Origin: Erysipelotrichaceae bacterium MTC7 | Lineage (GTDB): Bacteria; Bacillota_I; Bacilli_A; Erysipelotrichales; Erysipelotrichaceae | DNA: 32,000 nt | Reading direction: 5' to 3' | Assembly (NCBI GenBank): GCA_001695645.1 | Contig: LVZN01000056.1 | Location: 75,333-107,332 of the forward strand | In this document: positions 1 to 6,862 of the stretch, in pieces | Layout of the letters: the number at the start of each line of letters is the position of its first letter | Numbering within the stretch: the stretch's first letter is position 1 | The notes under the pieces: model-generated | What the model saw: only the letters and a program-made list of their open reading frames with translations | Database searches by the model: none | What the model was told of the DNA's origin: nothing | Translations under genes and position numbers: made by a program

Positions 1-323
1 GCATCCACGGTGCAAAGTGTTTCATCCATGACCATTCGCATACTTCCATAACGAGCAATTCCACGTTTGTCTCCCAAAGCCAATTGGAATAGTTCTCCAA
101 GTAGAATTCCACAATCTTCAATCATGTGGTGATCATCTACATATAAATCTCCTTTCGCTTTACACACAAGATCAAAGCCTGAATGAAAAGCAAACAAGGT
201 TAACATATGATCAAAGAAACCAATTCCTGTATCAATATCACTGGTTCCAGAACCATCTAAATTTAATGACATTTCTATTTGTGTTTCTTTAGTATCACGT
301 CTTTTACTAGCAAATCGTCCCAT
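1..323 (-). CDS. hisB: Imidazoleglycerol-phosphate dehydratase, 5' part only (gene runs off the left edge)
   Basis: Absent from the ORF track because it is truncated. My translation from the ATG at 323..321 gives [52 protein letters not shown]...[12 protein letters not shown], which carries HisB-type [13 protein letters not shown] and DDHH motifs. A GGAGAA Shine-Dalgarno (SD) lies at 328..333 in minus sense. The gene starts 11 nt after the hisC stop. Confidence 0.85.
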   Translation of the reverse strand, partial: MGRFASKRRDTKETQIEMSLNLDGSGTSDIDTGIGFFDHMLTLFAFHSGFDLVCKAKGDLYVDDHHMIEDCGILLGELFQLALGDKRGIARYGSMRMVMDETLCTVD

Positions 324-334
324 TTGGTTCTCCT

Positions 335-1351
335 TTACACTTGGCGTAGTATATCTAATACTCGCTTGTTATCTTGTGTATTTCCCACGGTAATGCGGAA
401 ATACATATCGTTAAAATTACGAATTACAATACTTGCTTCTTCCATCAAAGCCAACAATCTTTCTTTTTGGTTTGTCTTTCCATAAAAGTAGTTTGCACAC
501 GATGGATAAAGCGTTACGTTTTTTGGTGTGTCTGCCAAATATGCTTCATACATTGCATCCCTTGCTTGCGTAATGGCTTCAATATCCGCCAATACTTTAT
601 CCTTTTGTTCGAGCACACGAGTTGCAACGACTTGTGTCAACACATTGACGTTATAAGGTACTTTGTATACTTCGAGTTCTTTGATGGTTTCTTTGTTTGC
701 GACCATCATACCACAACGAATTCCAGCCAACCCAAACGCCTTTGATAAGGTACGTGTGACTAGTAAATTCTTGTAGTTTTGAATTTGATCAAGCATGCTG
801 CTCTCTGCAAACTCTGCATAAGCTTCATCTACGATGACATATGTATCTGCAAAGGCTTCAACAATTGCAATGAGATCTTGTTTATCAATACAACGTCCAG
901 TTGGATTGTTTGGATTGGAAAAACAAATCAAATCTGGTTTCGCTTGTTTCCCTTCCGCAATAAAACGATCAACATCAAAAACCTCATCAACCTTTAATGG
1001 AAAACGAACGACGTTTGCATCTTGTAAGGTTGCATAATAATCGTACATCGAAAAATCATACTCCATCGTATACAATGTTTTGTCTTTCCCTAGGCGCAAA
1101 TGAATCATTAACCCTAGTAACTCATCACTTCCATTGCCAACCATGATTTCACTAGGTTGTAAATTCATGTACTTTCCGTATGCTTGGCGGACCATCATAA
1201 CATCATTGTCCGGATAGCGATGAAAATCAATAGTTACCATGCTATCCACGATTGTTTGTATGACTTCATCATCCAAATTGTTTGGATTTTCATTTGCATT
1301 CAACAAGAGACCTTCTTGTTGGTTAGCTTCATATGCTTCAATTTTTTTCAT
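335..1351 (-). CDS. hisC: Histidinol-phosphate aminotransferase
   Basis: 338-aa ORF with class-II aminotransferase features: NANENP, NPNNPTG and the PLP-lysine motif [14 protein letters not shown]. It overlaps hisD by 14 nt and sits in his operon context. Confidence 0.9.
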   Translation of the reverse strand: MKKIEAYEANQQEGLLLNANENPNNLDDEVIQTIVDSMVTIDFHRYPDNDVMMVRQAYGKYMNLQPSEIMVGNGSDELLGLMIHLRLGKDKTLYTMEYDFSMYDYYATLQDANVVRFPLKVDEVFDVDRFIAEGKQAKPDLICFSNPNNPTGRCIDKQDLIAIVEAFADTYVIVDEAYAEFAESSMLDQIQNYKNLLVTRTLSKAFGLAGIRCGMMVANKETIKELEVYKVPYNVNVLTQVVATRVLEQKDKVLADIEAITQARDAMYEAYLADTPKNVTLYPSCANYFYGKTNQKERLLALMEEASIVIRNFNDMYFRITVGNTQDNKRVLDILRQV

Positions 1352-2630
1352 TTTCTAATCTAACCTCAACTGCGTTTGCGTGCGCAAATAATTCCTCTTG
1401 CTTTGCAAATTTTGCAATTTTCTTTCCTTCTTCTAAAAGTACTTCTTTTGGATAGTACAAGTACGAACTTGTTTTCACAAAACTGTTCACGCCCAGTGGC
1501 GAGTAAAAACGTGCAGTCCCATTGGTTGGCAATACGTGATTGGTTCCACCAAAGTAATCTCCAATGCTCTCGCAACTGTAGTAACCAAGGAAAACACTTC
1601 CTGCATTACGTACTTGTGATAAATATGTTTTTGCATCTGCGACCATAAGTTCCAAATGCTCTGGAGCAATTTTGTTTGATAATTCAATTGCTTCTGCAAT
1701 TGTATCAACAACAAGTGCATATCCATATGCTTGAAATGACTGTTCGATGATGTCTTTTCTTGGCATTGTTTCCACTTGTTTTGCCAATTCTTTTTCTACA
1801 GCTTTAACTATCGTTTCATCAGTAGCAATCAAGATACTACTAGCCATCGGATCGTGTTCTGCTTGACTCATTAGATCGGCTGCAATATATGCAGGATCTG
1901 CACCTGTATCAGCAATAACTAGAATTTCACTTGGTCCGGCAATCATATCAATGTCAACTTGTCCATAGACCAGTTTTTTTGCTTCAGCCACAAAAATATT
2001 ACCCGGACCAACAATTTTATCGACTTGTGGGATACTTTCTGTTCCATATGCTAAAGCAGCGATGGCTTGCGCACCTCCAACTTTATATATGGTATCAACC
2101 CCTGCAATTTTAGCGGTAGCCAAAATCACCGGATTGATGTTACCATCCTTGTCTGGTGGCGAAACCATGATGACTTCATCCACACCGGCAATTTTTGCAG
2201 GTATGACATCCATCAACACCGTACTTGGATAGGGTGAACGTCCTCCTGGCACATAGATACCGACACGTTGTAAGGGAATCACGCGTTGTCCCATATACAC
2301 GCCATTATCCTTAGTTAGTTCGTAACCTTCACGCTTTTGGGCTTCATGGTAGAACTCAATATTTGCTTTCGCTTCTTCCAAAATAGAAATCAACTCAGGA
2401 TCACATGTTGCATAAGCTTGATCAATTTCTTTTTGACTTACTTTGAATTGATCCAGACTGACTCCATCAAATTTCTTTGTATATGCTTTTAAAGCAGCAT
2501 CTTTGTTGGTCTTGACTTTACGAAGTATATCCATAACCGTTATGGTAATTCCTGGATCAATTTCCATCGAGCGTGCTTGCAACAATTCAAGAATAGCCGC
2601 TTCACTTTGAACATCAACTCTTTTCAACAT
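1338..2630 (-). CDS. hisD: Histidinol dehydrogenase
   Basis: 430-aa ORF with typical HisD blocks: IYVPGG...YPSTVLM, GPGNIFVAEAK, AGPSEILVIAD, SQAEHD and HLELM. It overlaps hisG by 17 nt. Confidence 0.95.
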   Translation of the reverse strand: MLKRVDVQSEAAILELLQARSMEIDPGITITVMDILRKVKTNKDAALKAYTKKFDGVSLDQFKVSQKEIDQAYATCDPELISILEEAKANIEFYHEAQKREGYELTKDNGVYMGQRVIPLQRVGIYVPGGRSPYPSTVLMDVIPAKIAGVDEVIMVSPPDKDGNINPVILATAKIAGVDTIYKVGGAQAIAALAYGTESIPQVDKIVGPGNIFVAEAKKLVYGQVDIDMIAGPSEILVIADTGADPAYIAADLMSQAEHDPMASSILIATDETIVKAVEKELAKQVETMPRKDIIEQSFQAYGYALVVDTIAEAIELSNKIAPEHLELMVADAKTYLSQVRNAGSVFLGYYSCESIGDYFGGTNHVLPTNGTARFYSPLGVNSFVKTSSYLYYPKEVLLEEGKKIAKFAKQEELFAHANAVEVRLENEKN

Positions 2631-3258
2631 TTCGTTTATTTACCTCCTGTTGCAAATCCTCAAGAACTTGCATAATTTCTTTTCGTTTTAAACGAAAACT
2701 AGCTTTATTGACAATGACTCTAGCACTGATATCACAAATGCGATCAAGTACCACAAGACCATTTTCTTTTAAGGTTGTTCCGGTTTCCATAATATCAACA
2801 ATCGCATCGCATAGTCCTAGGATTGGAGCAAGTTCAACCGAACCTTCAATTTTGATAATTTCAACATCCAAACCACGATTTTTAAAATACGTTTTGGCAA
2901 CCGTAGGATATTTCGTTCCAATCTTGATATGTCCATTTTTTGTAAACGGATCTTTCCCAGGTAAACTAGCTACGATAAAACCACATTTCCCAAGTTCTAA
3001 ATCAAGTAGCTCATAGAAGCGATTTCGTGATTCCAATAATGTATCTTTACCAACAAATCCCATATCAGCAACCCCTTGTTCAACATAAGTTACACAATCC
3101 GCTGCTTTTACCAAAAAGTAAGAAATGTCTTTCTTTGTATCTTGAATCACCAATTGTCTTGTATCCTTTTGTAAGTTTTCAACACCATAGTCACATGCTT
3201 CAAGCATTTTTACACTTTGCTTTTGCAATCGTCCTTTTGTTAATGCAATTGAAATCAT
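2614..3258 (-). CDS. hisG: ATP phosphoribosyltransferase, short (HisZ-dependent) form
   Basis: 214 aa, starting MISIALTKGRL, with VDIMETGTTLKENGL. This is the short form, which lacks the C-terminal regulatory domain, consistent with hisZ lying immediately upstream. It overlaps hisZ by 4 nt. Confidence 0.9.
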   Translation of the reverse strand: MISIALTKGRLQKQSVKMLEACDYGVENLQKDTRQLVIQDTKKDISYFLVKAADCVTYVEQGVADMGFVGKDTLLESRNRFYELLDLELGKCGFIVASLPGKDPFTKNGHIKIGTKYPTVAKTYFKNRGLDVEIIKIEGSVELAPILGLCDAIVDIMETGTTLKENGLVVLDRICDISARVIVNKASFRLKRKEIMQVLEDLQQEVNKRNVEKS

Positions 3259-4379
3259 AAACTTTCTCCTTTAATTTTAACACCTTTTATCGCCGGATTC
3301 GGTGCTAACACTACAATTGTATCTTCTGTGAATTCCTTACGTTTTGTAATAGCTTCAACCAAGGCACCTTCCCCATATTCAATTTCTACTTTTGTATCTG
3401 TATTTTCATACGCATAGGCTTCCATCAATTGGTCAAGTTTAATCGAGAAACCAACTGCTGGACTACTTTTTCCAAAGCGTGCAAGCAAGTCATCGTAACG
3501 ACCTCCTGATAACACACGCAAACCAACACCTTCAACAAATGCATCAAAGATGATTCCTGTGTAATAATTTAAATTTCCAATCTTACTTAGATCAAAACTA
3601 ACCATATCTTCATAACCAAGACTTTGCAGGGTTTCATATACTTTTTCTAAATTATCGATAACCGCATGCAACGCATCATTACATGCATAACTTCTAGCTT
3701 TTGCTAAAACATCAACTGGACCACTCCACCAAATCATCTCAGTAAAGAAGGTTGCATACATATCATCAACTTTAAGTGCTTTGACATAGTCTTTTAGTTC
3801 GACTAGCGCTTTACGATCAATTAACATGGCAAGTGTTTCCATTTGTTCATCATTCAACTTAGCAGCTTTACAAGCTTCTTTAAAGAAACGAACATCACCA
3901 ATTTCAAATGTAAAATCTTGTTTCTCAACAACCTTCAATGCATCCAAAGCTGTAACTAAAATTTCAATATCACCTTCTGGTTCTTTTAAACCAATGAGTT
4001 CCACACCACAGTCCGTAATTTCATTTTTATTCCCAGATAACATTTCGTGTGCCTTGAATACATTTGCACTGTATGAGAATCGTAAAGGTCCTTCAATTTC
4101 CTTAAATTTTGTCGCGCAGACACGAGCGATTGGAATTGTCATATCCGCCTTTAAAGTCACAATACGACCATGGTCATCCATGGATTTATAGAAATCTTCT
4201 TCCTTCACATTTTGGAAACCTACTTCATAAGTTTCATAGTATTCAATACCTGGTGTAATGACTTCATCATATCCCCAACGTTTGAATGTTTTTTCAATTT
4301 CTTGTTGCAGTTGTCTTTTTTTCTTTGCATCAGTTAAAACTAAATCGCGCATTCCCGACGGTACACTAAATGTATTCAT
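3255..4379 (-). CDS. hisZ: ATP phosphoribosyltransferase regulatory subunit (HisRS paralogue)
   Basis: 374 aa with a histidyl-tRNA-synthetase-like N-terminus (PSGMRDL...WGYDEVITPGIEYYETY, LRFSY, GGRYD) and no anticodon-binding tail. It is the first gene after the T-box leader. SD GGAGGAA precedes the ATG at 4379. Confidence 0.85.
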   Translation of the reverse strand: MNTFSVPSGMRDLVLTDAKKKRQLQQEIEKTFKRWGYDEVITPGIEYYETYEVGFQNVKEEDFYKSMDDHGRIVTLKADMTIPIARVCATKFKEIEGPLRFSYSANVFKAHEMLSGNKNEITDCGVELIGLKEPEGDIEILVTALDALKVVEKQDFTFEIGDVRFFKEACKAAKLNDEQMETLAMLIDRKALVELKDYVKALKVDDMYATFFTEMIWWSGPVDVLAKARSYACNDALHAVIDNLEKVYETLQSLGYEDMVSFDLSKIGNLNYYTGIIFDAFVEGVGLRVLSGGRYDDLLARFGKSSPAVGFSIKLDQLMEAYAYENTDTKVEIEYGEGALVEAITKRKEFTEDTIVVLAPNPAIKGVKIKGESL

Positions 4380-4399
4380 GTTTTGTTCCTCCTATATAA

Positions 4400-4655
4400 A
4401 CAAAAAAAACCTTCATCCAAAGGACGAAAGTTTACCTTACGTGGTTCCACCTTTTTTTATTGGTACTTCGCAGCACCAACCTCTTCGAGTACTATCATAC
4501 TCTAGCAAGATAACGGTTGCAGGGACACCGATGAAGACTACTTACGTTCACCTTCATAACTCCAAGACGTGTTCACAGTTTTGCCAATCTTCTTTTTCAC
4601 CAACCAAGAAGTCTCTACGTTTATTAAAACCGTTACTATTTCTTATCATCGTTTA
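4400..4655 (-). promoter_or_regulatory. T-box riboswitch leader, histidine-specific (specifier CAC)
   Basis: Read on the minus strand. Stem I base and K-turn-like CGATGATAAGAAATAGTAACGG, an AGAGA element, and a GGTGAAAAAG distal region. The helix ACGGTTTT/AAAACTGT closes onto the specifier loop GAA-CAC-G (CAC = 4571..4569). F-box CCGTTA is present. The T-box sequence AAAGGTGGAACCACGTAAG lies at 4440..4451. It is followed by the terminator hairpin TTCGTCC-TT-GGATGAA plus U8 at 4402..4430. Confidence 0.8.
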
Positions 4656-4666
4656 TTGTTAGCATC

Positions 4667-4695
4667 ATTATAAGATTTCTTTTTATGATTGTCAA
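4667..4695 (-). promoter_or_regulatory. Sigma-A type promoter of the his operon (TTGACA-17-TATAAT)
   Basis: Minus-strand TTGACA at 4695..4690, an exact 17-nt spacer, and TATAAT at 4672..4667. Both hexamers match the consensus, and the promoter sits directly upstream of the T-box leader. Confidence 0.75.
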
Positions 4696-4728
4696 CACAT
4701 TTTCATTTTCTTTCATGTAAATTGTTTC

Positions 4729-4758
4729 ATAAAATAGAAAACCAGATTTCTCTGGTTT
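4729..4758 (-). terminator. Rho-independent terminator after the 111-aa gene
   Basis: Minus strand AAACCAGA-GAAA-TCTGGTTT (perfect 8-bp stem, 4758..4739) followed by TCTATTTTAT. It begins 8 nt after the TAG stop at 4766..4768. Confidence 0.7.
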
Positions 4759-4765
4759 CTTTGAA

Positions 4766-5101
4766 CTAAAGATAACTAGCCCAACGTGGGGTTCTGCCCC
4801 ATGGCATGGTATGGAAATATACGCGAATTCCATTTCCATTAGCTCCATTCTTGAAGACTTTTGCCGCTCCTCCAAGAACGGTCGCAATGGCTGTTGCATA
4901 AGGTGCAGCTGCAGCACAGAAGTAAGCAATGGCACTAGAAACAGTTGATCCAACACTCAACCACCAAGAGATGTTTTTACAATCCGTTTTTGTCATTGTA
5001 TACGTCCATTGTGCATGGCCAACATTTGTCCAATACCCTTGTCCATAACGTTCTTGTTGTAAGGATAAAGCAGCATAATGTTTAGGTAAAATAAGTTCCA
5101 T
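4766..5101 (-). CDS. Hypothetical 111-aa Trp/Ala/Gly-rich hydrophobic protein; candidate secreted or membrane-active peptide (possible bacteriocin-like cargo)
   Basis: Strong SD (AAAGGAGGAACC-ATG). Sequence MELILPKHYAALSLQQERYGQGYWTNVGHAQW...ISWWLSVGSTVSSAIAYFCAAAAPYATAIATVLGGAAKVF...PWGRTPRWASYL. It has a central Ala/Gly-rich hydrophobic stretch of about 40 aa, 7 Trp and 2 Cys. It lies directly downstream of the peptidase-ABC/HlyD genes. I recognise no family. Confidence 0.75.
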   Translation of the reverse strand: MELILPKHYAALSLQQERYGQGYWTNVGHAQWTYTMTKTDCKNISWWLSVGSTVSSAIAYFCAAAAPYATAIATVLGGAAKVFKNGANGNGIRVYFHTMPWGRTPRWASYL

Positions 5102-5143
5102 GGTTCCTCCTTTCTAAGCGAGGTGCTCACCTTATATTCACCT

Positions 5144-5171
5144 GATAAAAAAAGAATCCTAAGATTCTTTT
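5144..5171 (-). terminator. Rho-independent terminator between the HlyD-like gene and the 111-aa gene
   Basis: Minus strand AAAAGAATC-TTAG-GATTCTTTT followed by TTTATC. The stem and its A/U flanks begin right at the TAA stop (5172..5174) of the upstream gene. Confidence 0.65.
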
Positions 5172-6392
5172 TTAGTAAGTAGTTTCCTTCAGTTGCAAAA
5201 GTGTAAGTAGATAATCCACATAGGTTTCTTCTTCATAGATGATTTTACAAGTCACGGGCATCCCTTTTTTTAATTGTTGAAAACTCTTGGTATCCTTAAC
5301 TTTTGGATAATTCATCATCACCAGCATACGATACACAAGTTGCCTACCTTCAGCACTATCTTGAGATAAGCTTCCTTGATCAATTGAGGTTACCATACCA
5401 GGAATACTTGGATATACATTGGAGTTCAAGCCATTCAATTCAATCAAGACTGGTTGACCAACTTTGACTTTGGCAATTTCATTGGCATCAATATACGTTT
5501 CGACAACCCATTTTTTTGGTTCGTTTTCACTTATTTGGGCAATGACTCCATTGCTTTGAATGCTAAGTCCTTCATACATTGGGTTTAGATAATGCACATA
5601 CCCTTCATTGCTAGCACGTATGACATAGGTCGATGCACTAGTTGATGCTAAAAGTGTATTGCTTTCCAGTTCTTGTTTTTGCGTTTCTACTTGCGTTCTT
5701 TGCGTCCCCAATTCACTAACAAATTGATAAAATAGTTTCTCGCTTTGCGGTACGTTTTGCAGTTCTTGTTGCAACTGTTTGATTTCTTCTTGAATATTTT
5801 CTAAACTTGCTTGTTTTGCTTCTTGTTCCAAGGAATCTGTAGTTTTCGACAGGGCTTGTTGTTCCTTGTGAAGCTTTTCTTTTTTCAGTGCTAAATTTTC
5901 CTGAACACGTTGCTTGGTTACTTGCTCTTCAGCTAACTGCAATAAGTAGTATTCCACTTTCCCATAATATTCTTGTTGTAGTCCTTTGTTTTGTAAGTGG
6001 TTTGTTTTTTCACGTAACGACTGTTCATACAAATCCATAATGGATAATTTCTCTTTGGTCTGTGCGTACTGGTCATGTAATGCTTCTACTTCGCTTCCAT
6101 TTTTTCCATCACTTAATACCAATAAGATTTCACCCGTCTTGATATAATCACCCTCATTTGCTTCAATGGAAACAACCACACCTTGTGCATTACTGCTCAC
6201 ATAATGATTCTCTTTAGAAACAATACTTCCTTGACCGTAAACCACATAGGGTTTTGTAAAACGTGTAATCGCGATTCCAAAACCAATCATAAATAGTAAT
6301 GTGATTAGGAGGGTATATATGGCGTATTTGGGTGGCTTACGATCAAAGAAAAATCGTGTATAGGTTAAATCATGAATGTTGAATAATTTCAC
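5172..6392 (-). CDS. HlyD/LcnD-type ABC-exporter accessory (membrane fusion-like) protein
   Basis: 406 aa with an N-terminal TM helix (YAIYTLLITLLFMIGFGIAI). It has a lipoyl-like IKTGEILLVL, a long Q/E/K-rich coiled coil (about residues 95-250) and a C-terminal VKVGQPVLIEL beta region. GTG start at 6392 with GAAGGGG SD. It overlaps the upstream gene by 23 nt. Confidence 0.8.
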   Translation of the reverse strand: MKLFNIHDLTYTRFFFDRKPPKYAIYTLLITLLFMIGFGIAITRFTKPYVVYGQGSIVSKENHYVSSNAQGVVVSIEANEGDYIKTGEILLVLSDGKNGSEVEALHDQYAQTKEKLSIMDLYEQSLREKTNHLQNKGLQQEYYGKVEYYLLQLAEEQVTKQRVQENLALKKEKLHKEQQALSKTTDSLEQEAKQASLENIQEEIKQLQQELQNVPQSEKLFYQFVSELGTQRTQVETQKQELESNTLLASTSASTYVIRASNEGYVHYLNPMYEGLSIQSNGVIAQISENEPKKWVVETYIDANEIAKVKVGQPVLIELNGLNSNVYPSIPGMVTSIDQGSLSQDSAEGRQLVYRMLVMMNYPKVKDTKSFQQLKKGMPVTCKIIYEEETYVDYLLTLLQLKETTY

Positions 6393-6852
6393 GACTTGCC
6401 CCTTCTAATGGAACATACATAACTGCGTGTATACACGTTTCTGAGTTTTCATAAAATAAAGTATACAATTCGCCTGTACTGACATACTCATGCTCATACA
6501 AGTACACACTGAGTTTTTGGTGCGATAGATCAAAAAACCTTGGATGATCACAAAACTCGACACGTAAACAGTTCTCTAGTGAAATTGAGGCTATTGTTTC
6601 AAACCCAGGTGTATCGTGTTCGCTTTGCACCATCAGGATGTAATCCAGTAATAAATCACCTTGTCCAGTAAACGTGCTACCACAGAGTTTATGTATCAAC
6701 GGTCCTGTAGTTTGAACCTTTTGTAGCTGGATGCGATTGATAAATTGTTGTAAATAACGTTCAAATTCGTATACTTGAATTTGTTTGATGTTTTCTATTG
6801 CAAGCTGGGTAAACACGATGGATTCATGTTCAGTAATTTTTATTTGTTTCAT
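6370..6852 (-). CDS. Hypothetical 160-aa soluble protein (pattern reminiscent of a GyrI-like/effector-binding fold)
   Basis: I trimmed the track ORF (6370..6945) to the ATG at 6852. That ATG is preceded by AAAGGAGGATT and lies 10 nt after the ABC stop codon. Sequence MKQIKITEHESIVFTQ...MYVPLEGASREIIQHS has no TM segment. Its alternating beta/alpha pattern in two halves resembles the SbmC/GyrI-like architecture. This is a by-eye impression only. Confidence 0.6.
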   Translation of the reverse strand: MKQIKITEHESIVFTQLAIENIKQIQVYEFERYLQQFINRIQLQKVQTTGPLIHKLCGSTFTGQGDLLLDYILMVQSEHDTPGFETIASISLENCLRVEFCDHPRFFDLSHQKLSVYLYEHEYVSTGELYTLFYENSETCIHAVMYVPLEGASREIIQHS

Positions 6853-6862
6853 AATCCTCCTT

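Noticed and set aside
4258-4662. 134-aa plus-strand ORF covering the hisZ 5' end and the whole T-box leader
   Set aside because: It is antisense to a well-supported riboswitch and to hisZ. It has no SD and a low-complexity translation. It is an artefact of AT-rich sequence.
4636-4956. 106-aa minus-strand ORF overlapping the 111-aa gene in another frame
   Set aside because: It has no SD. It runs straight through the terminator hairpin (4739..4758) and the his promoter (4667..4695). The overlapping 4766..5101 frame has a strong SD and sensible protein features. I judge it spurious.
5030-5047. YGQGYW in the 111-aa protein resembles the class IIa pediocin box YGNGV
   Set aside because: Only Y-G-x-G matches. 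The conserved Val and the CxxxxC disulfide that follow the box are absent. No GG leader precedes it. This is not enough to call a class IIa bacteriocin.
5036-5101. Possible double-glycine leader in MELILPKHYAALSLQQERYGQG
   Set aside because: I tried registering LS/E/hydrophobic positions against LSxxELxxIxGG for cleavage after G20 or G22, and neither fits. I kept this as an open question in the findings rather than calling a leader.
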